DNA from: Takakia lepidozioides
Lineage: Eukaryota; Plantae; Bryophyta
Direction: 5' to 3'
DNA length: 64,000 nt
Assembly (NCBI GenBank): GCA_030704615.1
Contig: CM060733.1
Coordinates: forward strand, 10,168,001-10,232,000
Shown here: positions 11,067 to 24,843 of the stretch, piece by piece
How positions within the stretch are numbered: position 1 is the stretch's first letter
Layout of the letters: every line of letters starts with the position of its first letter
Position numbers and translations under genes: made by a program
Notes under the pieces: generated by a model
The model's input: the letters and a program-made list of their open reading frames with translations, nothing else
What the model was told of the DNA's origin: nothing
The model's database searches: none

Positions 11067-14000
11067 AGCAATCAATCGAATTGCCCAGGAGACAAGGAAA
11101 CACAGACCTGAACATCAGGTGACCAGTTATATGTGAAGCCGGAAGGGCGAGAAACAGTCATGACTTTGATGATTCTATGCCAGTAATCCAATTGAGAATT
11201 GGAAGCACGAACTAACTGATGTACTGATAGATGGAGGTCTGGAGTAAAATCATGACAGACAAATTAAGAAAGAAGCTTGGTATAAGTAACATGAAAACCA
11301 ATTACAGTACACATGCAGATCAAAGAAGTGTACACCATTGGGATTGATAAGAGGAGTTAAGATACAGATACAGAAGATGATTTATGATCACAGTAACTGT
11401 GTTGAAGATGGATGAAGTCAGGAGGCTTACCCTTATTATTGGGACGTCCGTGGCTGAAAACAGGCAGGTATTCCATGACTGGAATTCAGTTAGTACTAAC
11501 CGTGCATAATGGGATACACGAGATACAAATTACCACAAAGAAATCTAGTAGATTACCTGCTACAAGAAGACCTCGAGGAGTCAGAGAGTATGATGGAAAG
11601 GAGGACTGGATGAGGAGCAGGAAGCTACCCTATTGCTGCACACCCAGAGTGGGAGCAGGTTGCAGAGATGCGGCTGGAAAGCCTAAGTTGTTTAAGAGGT
11701 ATCTGCTGTGGTGTGTGACAGCAACACCAACTGAAGAGGAAACCAGCAGTTACCCATCACATTTCTATGAGAAAGAGAAGGAGAAATGGAAATCCTAGAG
11801 GAACCAGCCACTGTGAGTACAGGATGAAGTGGTGACTGGTTGGACAATCACAGCTGATGAGCAAGTGAGGGAAGTGAATGTGGGAACTAAAGAGGAACCG
11901 AGGATGGTGAAAGTAGGAGCTGATTTGGAGCCGAGAGTTTCTTTGAAGAAGCTAAAAGCTTGTTCATCAAATACAGAGATGTATTTGCTTGGAGCTATGA
12001 GGATTTAAAGGGATACCACCTGAAGTCTGTCAGCATAAGATTGAACTGGAACCAGGGTCAGTACCAATCAAGCAGGCGAGGTACAGAATGAATCCCAACT
12101 ACGCACAGAAGGTTGGAGAGAGATAAGAAGTTGGCTGAGGCTAAGTTTATATACCCAATAGAGTATACAACTTGGTTGTCACCCATTGTTATATCCCAAG
12201 AAGAATGGTAAACTAAGAGTATGTGTGAAACTACAAGAAGCTGAATGCTTGTACGAAGAAAGATATCATTTCCTTTGCCATTCACAGAAGCAGTATTGGA
12301 CACTGTGGCAGGCCATGAGATGTACTCATTCATGGATGGTTCAGTGGTTATAATCAAGTGCAAGTGGCAGAAGAAGACCAAGGGAAAACAGCTTTCATCA
12401 CAGACTGGGGGCTTATGCATACAAAGTCATGCCCTTTGGACTTTGTAATGCACCAGCGACTTTCAGAGAGTGATAAGTGAATTTTTCATGAGTATCTGGA
12501 TGATTTCATGCAGTGTTCTTGGATGATTTCAGTGTGTACAGCTCTAAGAATGAGCACTTACATAAATTGGAGTTATGTTTGGCCAGATGCAGGATGAGAG
12601 GTCTGGGCCTGAATCCAGAGAAGTGTACTTTCTGTGTGAACTCAGGGGTGCTTCTGGGACACATTGTGTGTAAGAGGGGACTTCTTGTGGATCCCAGGAA
12701 ACAGAGGCCATTAAAGCCTCTCTACCACCAGTGTGATGTTAAGAGTCTAAGGAGATTCCTTGGGCAAACCAGTTATTACAGAAGATTTGTCAAAGGTATG
12801 CACAAATAGCAGCACCATTGAGCAAGCTATTGAAAAGAAAGATGCAGTGTTGCCTGGACAGCTGAATGTCAACAGGCGTTTGAGGAACTTACACTGTCAG
12901 TAACAACTACACCTGTGCTGATTAACCCTCACTGGCATGTAGTATTTCATGTTCACTGCGATGCATCAGGAGAAGCTGGGAGCGGTGTTTAGCCCAGAAT
13001 GTTACAGGAAATATAGATTCACCTGTGTACTATGCTAGCAGGTTGATGAACAGTGCTGAAAGGAACTATAGCACAACGGAAAGAGAAGCATTGGCAATGA
13101 TCTATGCAGTGAAGAAATTCAGGCATTACCTGTTGGGCAAGAAGTTTATGTTCTATGTGGATCACCAGGCTCTGATATACCTGGTAAACAAACCTCTGAT
13201 AAGCGGAAGAATAGCAAGATGGTTGATAATCTTGCACGAGTTTGAGTTCGAGGTTGTTTACAAGCCTGGGAGACTGCATCTTGTGGCGGATCACTTGTCA
13301 CGGTTATCAACAGGAGAACCAGCCACAGGAATAGATGATCAATTACCAGATGCGAGTCTCTTTGCAGTGGAGGTGCAGGGAAGTGCAGATGACTGGTTAG
13401 ATTGGCAGTGGCCAATCAGATACTACCTTGCTCATGGTCAGTGCCCACCTAGTTATGGTAAGGAGCAGAGGAAAAGAATCGCTATCAAGCTTTACCTTAT
13501 ACTATGGTAGGAAGCAGAATGTATAAGCTAGGACCTGATGGAGTACTAAAACGATGCTTGTACCACCATGAAGTAAATAAAGTTTTGGAGGAAGTTCTTA
13601 GTTATAAAGGAGTGGCTGGAGGTCATTTTGGAGAAGAGACTACCAGTAGGAAGATACTACTCGCAGGTTACTGGTGGCCTACTTTGTTCAAAGATGTACA
13701 CGAGTATTGTCAGAGTTGTGATGAATGTCAGAGGCTAGGACCTTTGCAGAGATCTGGAAGGATGGCCTTGCATCCTACAATGCCTACGGAACCATTTCAG
13801 AAATGGGGACTAGACTTTGTTGGACCGATAAACCCACCAGCCAAGAATACACGGAACAGGTACATAATTACAGCCACTGATTATACTACGAAGTGGGTGG
13901 AAGCTAAAGCTTTGAGGGACAACACAGCCAAGTCCACAGCAAGGTTCCTGTACGAGAACATACTTACACGATTTGGCTGTCCCTTAGAATTTATCAGTGA

Positions 14001-14630
14001 TCAGGGAAGTCACTTCATGAATGAGACCATTGAGTTGTTGACTAAAGAGTTCATGATTGTGCATAGAAAGAGTACAACATATTACCCACAGGGTTAATGG
14101 GCAGGCAGAGGCTACCAACAAAATACTATGTACTATCTTGGCTAAGATAGTCAATGCAAACAGAACGGATTGGGATACAAAGCTGCTGACAGCTTTGTGG
14201 TCATACAGGACTTCATATAAAGTCACCACTAAGTATACACCATTCCAATTAGTTTATGGTATGGAAGCCTTACTTCCAGTGGAATTCCTGTTACCTACCA
14301 TGAGAACGGAGTGGGGAAAGAGAATGGAATTGCAAGATTCCATTAAGGTCAGGAAACATGAATTATACCATGTGGAAGAAGTACGTGCTGATGCAGCTGA
14401 TAATATGACCAGAATTCAGATGAAGAGGAAGGAACAGTTTGATGAAGGCAAGTTAAAAACTTTTAAGACGGGAGATTGGTTCTATGGTTGCAGAAAAAGG
14501 GAAAGATTAAAGCTTCTAAGCTTAAATCACCATGGAAAGGACCTTATGTCATACAAAAGATGTATGATAACAACACCGCCATGTTACAAACCATTAACAA
14601 AGAAATGTGGGAAGAGTCAATGCCAATAAG
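11067..14630 (+). pseudogene. pol: pol (protease, RT, RNase H, integrase), many indels
   Basis: [46 protein letters not shown]...[43 protein letters not shown]. Near-identical to 27757-30680. Confidence 0.92.
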
Positions 14631-14782
14631 TTGAAGGGGTACAGTGGTATCCATGACAAACCATGCAGCATGATTTGCATGTTGAAACGCAAGAGCAGTC
14701 ACGGGCTGCACCAGTGTTACAACGGAGTATGGGAGCACTTGTCGCTAGGCAAGCATATATGCCAGGGCGGGCAAAACAAAGC

Positions 14783-15050
14783 GTGACACAGCCTATCACA
14801 GCCCATCAAGGCGACCACAGCCTATCACAGCTCATACGACGTGACACAGCCTATCACAGCCAATCAGGCAAACACAGCTACACAGCCTATCACAGCCCAG
14901 CACGGCGCAACACAGCCTATCACAACATACCACAGCGTGCACGCCTATCACAGTACCACAGCATCACAGCTATCAGCTTACCACAGTGCATCACAGCCTA
15001 TCACAGCGTACCACAGTATGACACAACCTGTCACAGCTCAACACAGCCTA
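14783..15050 (+). repeat. CACAGCC(TAT) short-motif array downstream of pol
   Basis: Repeated acacagcctatcacag units. A related array lies in the LTR (19449-19622, 25200-25405). Confidence 0.9.
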
Positions 15051-15747
15051 CTAGGGTTACACGATCCATAGAATCAGTGACAGGTGGACGCATAATAACT
15101 TCAGGAAAATGGCTGACGGAAAAAAAAAGACGGAAACCAGTTAAAAATAGACACGTGGAAGTCAGGGCGCGACACACAGCTGAGAAGGAAGTGCAAGAAC
15201 AGGTGTCATAAAGAAAGAGGACAAGAACGGCCGTCAAAAGGGATGAAAGGCGGGCCATTAATGAATACGGAAAAAGGGAAACGGAACAAACGGCAAGTAC
15301 AGAAAAACAAAAATTCTTGTCACATGTGTGATCCTAGTGGACTATCCAGCAGGGAAAGTCCACTAAAGAAAATAAAATCTAAAATCAGTCACAGCGGATA
15401 CAGCCAATAGAAAGCCAGAGAAAGGATCAAGAAAATGGAGGGAAATTAAGCGCAAGAGGCGGCGTCGTTCTGAGTAACGGGCGTCTCGACGGGACAGACC
15501 ATCAATGCTATAGCTTGGAAACTATGGAGGAACTAACAGACTATACGCTCGCAATATTACTTACGCAGTGGCATAGACACGAAAGAACAGAGCGGAGCTT
15601 TTCTCTTGAGCGATGCTTGCAAGCCCCGCAGGCTTACAAGAAATTACCCATAGCTTTTTGTGGCAACCATACGTTTATGCTTTGTGCACTACAGGCATTT
15701 TTGCAGTTGTTACAGCCAAAACATTTCTGTGGGTCTAAAAGAAGAGA

Positions 15748-18700
15748 GTGAGAGGAATGGAGGAAATCAGGGTGAAGAGCACCACAATTCTGCAGAAACA
15801 AACGATTGCTACCCCACAGGCGATACAGATACTGAAGGAGCTGAGATTGCAAGGATTGCAAAGCATAGATTGGACATGCACCATAGACAGTACATGTTTA
15901 CAATTTTTGCAGAACTTTGAGCCAAGGACAGGAACAACAACGGTGAAGGGAGTTGAATTAGTAATTACTCCCCTATACCTCCAGCAATTGTTTCGATTGC
16001 CAGCAGGTCAGGTGCATGTGGAGGAACACAGGGCAAGACTGCAAATAGGGGACTTATTCCAAGAAGGGAGTTTCTTTAAAACTCAGGGTTATGCTTGTAC
16101 CAAGGCCGTGTACCCAGGGCTAAAGGAGGTAGGCCAGGTATTGAACGTTCTGATTGCCATGAAACAGAACCAACAGTATTTGAGCAGATCCTTCACGGAG
16201 GAAATACTCAAAGCCCTGAAAGGACAAGAGGTAGAATGGGCGGACATAATGTACAACGCACTGGTGGAGGAGATGAAAAGATTACAAGGTACTACAGCAA
16301 AGTCTCCTATCATAGTGTCTGGCCCAATCATTGCTCAAATAATTCTTGATTCTGGCATACTTGATGCGCAAGAAAGAAAGAAGATGGGAGTGTTTGAGCC
16401 AGAACAGAAACCACTGCAATGGAAGAGCAAGGCTCTTCACACAGTGAGGGTGGACTAGCAGGGCAACCGAGACTAAGAGGCAGAGACGGGGAAAGACTGT
16501 AGTCGGGGATCCACTGGCTTCACGGATTCCGCATGATAATGTTTCCCAAGCTCATGTGCAGGAAGGGGCACAGCAGCACAGAGAACTGCTATTACTGGAA
16601 GCAGGACCTTCAGAGAGGGAGAGGAAGTTACTTCAGTATCACAGCCATCACAGCCAGCTGATCGGCTTGTCACAAGGTTACCAAGTTGTCCATGCAGTGC
16701 CACCAGAAATAATTGATTTGGAAAAAGAAAGGTTAGATATTCCAACTACAGAACAGATGGCAGAAATTGAGAAGGGGACCTTCTCTATGAATATTCTGGT
16801 CTGGTCAAGGAGACAGAGATTCCAGAGGTGCAACAGTTGCCCAAGGGAAATCCTGAGGTGCATATAATACACACACCTGTGTCGGAGGTACCACAGGAGA
16901 AGGTCATGACACTGCAGCACCGGTGATAGATGAAGTGGTTCAGGAAGAAAATCCGGTGGGACAATGGCCTGAGTGGTTCGTGAGACATCACACGTTGAGG
17001 ATCAGGAGGAACAGCAGCAACCTCACCATGATGACCCTCAACAGGCAATGCTGATGAGTTCCATAGGCAGGACACTTAATTTGTTGGGGACTTATGTCAA
17101 ATCCCATGTTCCAACTACCCAATTGACAGCCTTGAGAGAGGAACTCAGGAAGGAGTTTGAGGCTCGACTAGCCACTGAGTGTGCAAACAAGGTCGATGAG
17201 GAGGTCACTCTCAAGATGCAGCAGGACTTGGAGAATACAGAAGCGGCTTTGCAATTGGCCAAGGAACAATTGATTGAGGCAGGCCTCGCGCAAGACCAGT
17301 TGCACGAAGCACATAAGCAACAGCTATACCAAATGCAGGTGAAGCATGAAAGCAAGTTGCAAGAAGTGAATGCACTACATACGGAGTTGCAGACAGTGCA
17401 TGACAGGATGGCCATACAATGTGCTACACTCACAACTATGCTTGACCAATCTACAAAAGAAATAAACAGTCAAGCAGAAAAAAATATGAAGGCAGAAGTA
17501 GAGAATGTTGAGCAAATGAAACTCATTGTCATCATGAAGAATACAATCTGTCGCAATGAGAATACTTTCAAGCAATGCAGGCAGGTTGAAGCCGACCAAG
17601 AGAGGCACATCCTGGAATTGCAACAAACGGTCATGGCCAATAGAAATGAACTCTCTGTGGCTAACAAAGCTTGGAAGGAAGTCAATAATCTGGCTGTTGC
17701 CTATGCGAATTTGGTTGAACCTCATGCGAAGCGCATGGAGGCTTTACAACAGCAATTAGATGTGTACAAACTAAGAGAGGAGCACACTCTCAGAGCAACC
17801 ACAAGCAACTTGGTGGATAACCCTTATGCAGGTCTGGTTAGCACAAGGCCCAGTGGAGGGCAAAGCTTCACGAAAGCTCACCCAAAGCGAGATGAATGAG
17901 CTCAGACTGCAAGTGCAGAACATTGCCACAACTACTATAGACAATGTCTATAGTAGGATAGCGGAGTTACAGGAGGATGTAGACGGACTGCAGACTCAAG
18001 TGGAAGACCTCACTTCAAATATCGACAAAAGAGCCTATATATACCTGAGGAACAGTTAATGGCTTCTTATTTACAAGCAAGAACTTTGGCTTTTCAGTCT
18101 TCTTCACAGGAGGTGCAGGAGATGCCAATGATACAAGAGCCAGTACCACCAACACCACAACAAGTCACTGTACCAATAGCTGAACCTGTTGTTACTACAA
18201 CCACACCACAGCCCCACAGCCTGAGGTATGGGGCAATGCTGCTTTTAACCCACCTAAAACTCAGCTGCAAGGGAGTACAGTAGGGCTATGATTATGCCCT
18301 TCAACCAAATTCCCATCATGTTGGATTTGGCTTGGAAAAAATTTAGTCCTCCGCAGTCATTCGCACATTACTACCAAATCATGCGCATTTGGCTGCCAGT
18401 GGCAACTAGAACTAAAATTCTTCCGAACAATCGACCAATTGAGGATCATCACTTTGCACAGTGTTGGCACAAAGCAGGTACCATGTTGAGGGAATTAATT
18501 GCTTTCCAAGTTGTACATGGATTCATTTATACCAAGACCAAGGAGGTAGCAAGTATTGTCATGGGATGCGGGTTATACTACGCTGCTTGTTTTCTGGTAC
18601 GTTATCACATGAGCAGCATAAGATGCAATCGCGCTTTCTGAGTTATTCCAGTGGAGATCATTGGGTCTTACCTTCAGTACCACCTCATATGTACCTATAT

Positions 18701-19290
18701 GAGGCAAAAGTTATGATGCAAAAGGGTTCTCAAATTCGTTCATGGTTTCAAGCGGCCTGGAACAATTTGTCAACACAGAAATTCGGCATTGATGATATTT
18801 TCTATAGGGACATGTGGCATGGAAATACTTGCACGGTGCACAAGTAATTGGTACCCCACTCACCTGGACAGCCAAGGAACTCAGTGTCTACACCAATTTT
18901 GCTGTTCAGCGGTTACAGCAAGTTGTAAAATATAAACTTCCAGACATGGTAGGACAACATTGTATGCCCCAGAGGATTCCATAAAAAGTTCGACAATTAA
19001 AACACCTGAGAGGTGATGACGATTCTGATACAACTGTTTCTTCAGCGGATTCTTTTGACATGGGAGAAGACTATGCAATTCAGATGGCAAAGAAGAAGCA
19101 ACGGGGGTCTCCTATGCCTGAAAGGTTACCTCGATATCAGCCTCCAGAGGGCCTCACTTATCCTGGTAGTGTTCAAACATCTCCGTCAACCAGTGACAGA
19201 CCCCGGGCTCGTACACACAGTCCGCCACAAAACTCTTAACGTCAGAAAGGTGCTCACTCACAAAGGTTTGTTAATCGCAATCAGTAAACT
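15748..19290 (+). pseudogene. accessory 3' ORF(s) of the Gypsy element: plant-transposon-type domain, long coiled coil and unknown C-terminal domain
   Basis: 15748-16458 (QFLQNF...TVKGVELVITP..LQQLFRLP...GQEVEWADIMY) resembles Athila/Tat accessory proteins. 16973-18059 is Q/E/L-rich coiled coil. 18288-18850 is unassigned. Frameshifted. Confidence 0.55.
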
Positions 19291-19325
19291 GTGAGGACAC
19301 GGCTTTTTTAGAGGGGAAGGGGTAA

Positions 19326-20278
19326 TGTTAGAGGACTGTCTGGGACTTAGACACTTATACGGGATCTGTAGGGTACCCTTAATTTTAGCACGGACTGAGA
19401 CCAACAGGAGCCTTAGGGGTCACAGCTGCACACTGTAGAGGGGGGTTACACAGCCCGTCACAGCCAACACAGCCTGTCACAGTCGTCACAGCCGACACAG
19501 CCAGACATAGTCAGCACAGCTCGTCACAGCCCGACACAGCCATCACAGCCAACACAGCCACACAGCCAGTCACAGCCCGTCACAGTTTCACACAGCCAGT
19601 CACAGCTTGACACAGCTGTCACGATCATAGGGAACGGAGAAGAGGACAGAGAACGACTGTGGGGAACAACACCTGCATATGGAACATGTTAGTTCACGGA
19701 CGACGGTTAGTGAGGGAAACGGTTAGAGCCAGAGGTAGGAAGATAAAAGGGGAAGTAAGGACTGATGAGGGGTTTTTTTTTGGGATTTTGATGGAAGCAC
19801 TTGACGGGGGAGGACTTCTTGGTCATGCATGAGAGGAGATCGGGCGGAAAGCAAAGATGGAGAGCACGGAGAAGGAGGAAAGATGATTAGTAGATGATTG
19901 TTATATGCAAAGCTGTAGTGATATTGTAGAGCAGATTAGAAACACAATGGCTTCGGCCTGATACCTGATAAATCATAATCTGATACTTATACGATACAAT
20001 CACACTGTGTAGAGAGATCTGAGTGAAGCTGTGGAATGAATTGAGAGTTGATGGAATCCGATAGATTGATGAACCAAACTGATACTTAATTATCAATGGT
20101 AAGGTAGCTAACATGAATGCGGAAAGGGAAACAAATAGGAAACACCCCCATGATACACTAGCTGTAGGTCATGACAGATTGTTCTGCACGGGCTGAGTAC
20201 TTAGAGATTTCCAACTCTTCTATCTTGGAGTTTCCGCCTCGGATAGCGAAGGGATGGGTGAGTAAAAGCCGCGCGACA
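19326..20278 (+). repeat. 3' LTR of copy A (953 bp, TG...CA)
   Basis: Starts tgttagaggactgtc just after the PPT and ends gccgcgcgaca. Matches 25077-26048. Confidence 0.95.
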
Positions 20279-20317
20279 CTTGTATGCTTGTATCTTTCCT
20301 TTCCTTATCATTGTGAT

Positions 20318-20540
20318 GGACTAGTGGCAGCCTAATGGTGGACTAGTGGCTGCACTAGTGGTGGCTAGTGGCAGCCTAGTGGTTGGACTAGTGGCTGCAC
20401 TAGTGGTGGCTAGTGGCAGCCTAGTGGTTGGACTAGTGGCTGCACTAGTGGTGGACTAGTGGCTGCACTAGTGGTGACTAGTGGTTGTCTAGTGGCAGCC
20501 TAGTGGTGGACTAGTGGTGGACTAATGATAGACTAGTGTT
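20318..20540. repeat. CTAGTGG-based tandem minisatellite
   Basis: Repeated gactagtggctgcactagtggtggctagtggcagcctagtgg units. Confidence 0.9.
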
Positions 20541-21173
20541 TGGTGTGCACATGTGTTGTGTGGTTTTGGACAGTGATGTAATTGTGTAGCGATATGTATG
20601 CGCACGACACCAATTTTCACAAGAAAATGTAGTCCCAATGTGATCATTCTGGATTCTTAATCTTGGTGGATATGAAACAACATAAAATAACATAAAATTA
20701 CTTGATAGATCTAAAGGGATATGAAGGGACATGAGATCTGAGAAAAACTTGAGGTTGTGGAGAGTGGAAAAATGTGGATACTAATGCATTTGCCCATATT
20801 TGTGTTCTGATGAGCAAAGAAACCGATATTGGGGTTGATTCCCCAAAAGAACAACAAAACATCTATCAGCTAAAAATGCTGAAGGTAACCAATTGCAAAC
20901 TGAGAGAGAAAGAGAGGATATAAGCTTTGGACCCAATGGAGATGCATTTTAAAAATGTTGAAGGTAACCAATTGCAACTTAAGAGAGAAAGAGAGAATAT
21001 ATAAGCTTTGGAACCAATGGAGATGCATTCAGTGTAGGTATTCTATGGGGAAGTTATAATAAGGATTTGCCATTTATTGACAATGATGTGTGGTCTCCTC
21101 TTTAGCGAGGAGCCAATAAACCGCTAAATATACTTTCATCCATAATAAACTTGAAAACTCATCCATTTAATTT

Positions 21174-21522
21174 TGCCTCTCATTTTACAATAATTGGGAC
21201 ATTATGGTGCACGCGCAAGCTGATGGGTGGGCCTGCGCACGGACGTCTGGCTCCCCCCACCCGGACCCCCGCCCGCGCTCCGCCGCGCCCCCAGTCCGGC
21301 GCGGCCAGTCCGCCCGCCAGTCCGCTGCCTGTGAGTCCAGTTCCCCTCAGTCCGCCAAACCGCTAGTCTGCTGTGCACGCCAGTCCGCTGTGCCAATTCC
21401 CGCAAGTCCACCCAACAGTCCGCTATGCCCGTCTGCTGTCCCCCAGTCTGCTAGTCTGCCAGTTTGCGCCGGCCGAAGGATCTGGATCGTCCATAATGAG
21501 AAACCAATCCGCGCCATCTATG
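21174..21522 (+). repeat. left TIR of outer MULE
   Basis: Reverse-complement match to 47850-48224, including ggctccccccacccggacccc, gagtccagttcccctcagtccgccaaa and ggatctggatcgtccat. Confidence 0.9.
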
Positions 21523-21806
21523 CCAGTCTCGGCCAGTCCACCCAACAGTCCGCCCGCCAGTCCGCCGCCCATGAGTTCGCTTTCCTCCAGTCCACTGATG
21601 ATGCCGCATCTGGACCGTCCATTCGTAAATGCCATCTGAGCCCTCCATTTTTAGGGCATGAATACAAACCTTATCCCTGCCGCCTGCCACTTGCCAACAG
21701 CCGCGACCGTGCGCACTGATGCTCCTTGCACGTTGTCCATCGTGTCCAGTGTACTGCGGCGCGTTTCTTGCAGGTTCTGCAGTGTGTCCTTTGTACTGTA
21801 TAGGGC

Positions 21807-24800
21807 ATGGACGTGGAAGCAGAAAGTGTTGATATACTAAAAACGGGATACTGGATTATACGACCTCTTCAACAAAATTTGCAAACACCCAAACCAGGAC
21901 CCTTCAACACGAAGGACCTCCAATGGAAGAGAGACACACAATATGGTTATATGGGTGCCAGACAGAATGTTCTGAGGCCTGCATACCGTGGGATAGAGTT
22001 GATGACTTTCTCCTTGGAGAGGAGAGTTTGGTGGACTACTCCACTCAGTTTTGGGTGAATGTCCATACTAAAGTGCAACCCGGCATGCTAAAAGAGCCGA
22101 GAGCCAGCAGTTCTCTGAACAAGTGTGCACCATCCTCATCGTCCTTTTATAGTCTGATTGCATGTCTGTTGTCATTTTTCGTACCCACATACTGTGATTT
22201 CATGCTTCCAGAAGTCGATGGATATCCATTGTGATTTTTATGTCCAGGTATCAATGCTGCTACGGTCCAGATGACAAGCGCACCAACAATGCGATAGTGG
22301 AGGATCCCAAACTGAAACGTGGAGGACCTCTTGTAGGTGCTGGAACATCTCACCCTTACCCTCATAAAGGCCCAAGGAGAAATAAGTCGGAATATGGAGA
22401 GTCTTACAAGCGTGGTTGCCAGTGTTGTTTCAAGGTCCAGCAATGCTATCTCGCCCCCGACATTTGTGTCCTCACGTACTACAACAATATGGAGCATACA
22501 GACGCGAAAGGGAACGTCTGTCATGGGAAGTCCATTGAGTTCAGGAACACTCGCCACGCCTATGCACCACACATTAGCGAGGAATTGAAAGCATGGGTCA
22601 TGGAGTGTCTGTGCCAAGGCATGTCAGTCGCCCAAATCATGATGGAACATAAAGAGCACGTCATGAACAACACCGGGTTAGGGGATGCATGGACACGAGA
22701 CGATTTTTTGCTGAAGCAGGATGTGTGCAACCTGGCCGAGAAACGGGCGTGGCAAACGTTCAAAAAACATGCCAACGATGCGGAGAGTGTCCGCATGTGA
22801 AAAGACCAGAACCCAAAATCGGTCTTCTTCTATCAAGAGGAAAAATTGGCGCCAACATTCAAGCACTATGATGGCGACTTAACATTCACAATCGGCATAC
22901 AGACTGAGTGGCAGAAGAAGCGAATGTTTCAATTAGGCCATGCCCGTATCGTTGCATGCGATGCAACCTTCGGGACAAATCACCACAAGGTACTCTTCAT
23001 CCCTTTCACAATTTATCCACTTGCAGAAGTAGTGGATGTACGCACACTGGCAGCATCTGACATTCTGCATTTGAACAGTTCCCATTGTACATGTTGATGG
23101 TCTTCGACGAGTGGCTTAACGGTATACCAGTTGCGTACATCATATGCGCACGTGAGCGGACAACAGACCTGTGCCATGGATAACAGCCTTGCGGGACTCT
23201 CTCCTCGCAGAAATGCCGGACTGGCGACCCAATGCCTTCATTGTGGACGATGTCGACGCCGAAATAAACGCCATTACATAAGTTTCACGTACCCTCCTGT
23301 ACACTCGCGTGCAAGTCCGTTGCCTGCGTCCATTGTCTGTCTCTTCGGCAAGTCCCCTGCCATACAACGCAGTCCTAGCTGCAAGTCCGGCCCATTCATT
23401 TCTGCAAGTCTGCTGGCAAACCAGTCCGCTGATAATGTCCTCTAGCAAAGTCCATTGGAAGACTTACTTGCGCAAGTATGCTGCAAGGACAGTCTGCTCA
23501 GGTGTGCTGCCAGCAAAGTCTAGGTAAGTTTGCTGCCGGTCTCCTAAGGGCACGTCCGCAGGCAGGCCAGTCCATCGGAGGGGACTGTTCACAAGCAGTC
23601 CGTTGCAAGGCTCATGTGCGCCAGTCTGTTGCGACCTCAAACTGGTTCAGCAAGCCCGCTGGCAGGCGGGTTCGCCGGAGGGGACTGTTCGCAAGCAGTC
23701 CGCTGCAAGACTCACATGCGCCAGTCTGCTGCGACCTCAGTCTGGTCGAGCAAGTCCGCTCGCAGGTGAGTCTGCCGGAGGGGACTGCTCGCAAGCAGTC
23801 CGCTGCAAGACTCACGTGCGCCAGTCTACTACAACCTTACTCTGGTCCGCTGGCAGGCGAGTCCGCCGGAGGGGACTGTTCGGAAGTCTGCTGGCAACCC
23901 AGTTCACTCGGGATGCCCTCTGGCCAAGTCCGTTGCAAAACTCACCTACGTAAGTCTGCTGCGAGGTCAGCGTGGTCAGGTCTGCTGGCGGTGTCGTGAG
24001 GGCAACACTCATGGCAGGTCAGAGTGGGCGAGTCCGTTGCCTGAATCTGTTTGGAACAAACGGGCAGACCGGTCAACCAGAGAGTCTACTGGGTTGGTGC
24101 CCAAGTCCACCGGCGAAGTCCTCTTTGAAGTCTCTCATGTGGGCATGTGTACTTTGCGTAGAGTGGATTGGCTCATATGGGAACTCACAGGCCGTGTGCT
24201 AACACACTACTGGTATGCAATTCACCTGAAGACGCATGGATTCATAAGGAATGACAAACATGATAAGTACATGTCCAGTTCAGTGCTTGCGGCACGCGAT
24301 ATCCCAGCTTGCAATGTCACTCTTCCGTTCCATCCTGGGCAACCAGCCTATGTTCTAAGCACCAATCACCCAAACACAATTTATATTGCTTACAACCCCG
24401 GATGCGAATGGGCTTTTTGCACTTGCCCATGGGCAATGAAGGGCAATTTGTGCAAGCATCAAGTTCGAGTCATGAAGTTGCTTCATCCACACTTGCAGGA
24501 TGGACTCATAGTGCACGCTTGTGGCACGGCGCTGGGAACCATTCATGGAGGATTGCATAATGTGTTTAGGGTTCATGCAAGTGTCGGCGACAAAGAGGGT
24601 TTGGGAAATGCAACAGAGGGCCCTTCCACAGATGACTTCCCCTATGATGCGGAGCCTGTCCTCGTACCATCCTCCATGGATGAAGAATTTGCAGACATAC
24701 TTCGCATTGTTGGGGACGACAAATACCTGGAGAAACATGTGTTGTCTTCTCTTCGTATCTATAAGGGGCAGCTTGTTGATATTCTCGCCAAGAATGCTGC

Positions 24801-24843
24801 AGGAATGTTGCACCCTGCAGCAGCAAAGAGCTTCCGTCAATGA
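21807..24843 (+). pseudogene. MULE transposase with SWIM finger (spliced, disrupted)
   Basis: IPWDRVDDF; YQCCYGPDD; KRGCQCCF..H...CHG; DAESVRM* (W to stop); IGIQTEWQ; DATFGTN|FPLY.LMVFD; FIVDDVDAEINAI; RRVDWLI; CTCPWAMKGNLCKHQ. The CxxH/catalytic-E segment appears to be deleted. Confidence 0.85.
23310..24120. repeat. intronic AGTCYG-rich array with ~100-bp tandem units
   Basis: ggaggggactg recurs at 23577, 23677, 23777 and 23868. Dense agtccg/agtctg throughout. Confidence 0.85.

Larger units (their letters stand above)
11067..20278 (+). mobile_element. Ty3/Gypsy LTR retrotransposon, copy A (5' part in the gap)
   Basis: PR-RT-RH-INT order, extra 3' ORFs, polypurine tract agaggggaagggg (19310-19322), then an LTR TGTTAG...GCGACA. 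Confidence 0.92.

Noticed and set aside
10428-11136. Long ORFs of X residues
   Set aside because: Artefacts of the 500-N gap.
11067-13620. Very dense frameshifts suggesting ancient decay or programmed frameshifting
   Set aside because: They are mostly 1-bp indels relative to near-identical copy B and are concentrated next to the gap, so low-coverage long-read consensus error is more likely.
14663-15211. ORFs with repeated TAYHS/QPITA
   Set aside because: Translations of the CACAGCC DNA array; the same applies to 25137-25412.
21168-21172. TAATT as a confident TSD of the outer MULE
   Set aside because: Only 5 bp, AT-rich and shorter than the usual 9-11 bp MULE TSD; kept as tentative only.
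21151-21719. Pro/Ser-rich ORFs here and at 47765-48235
   Set aside because: GC-rich TIR sequence open by chance on both strands.
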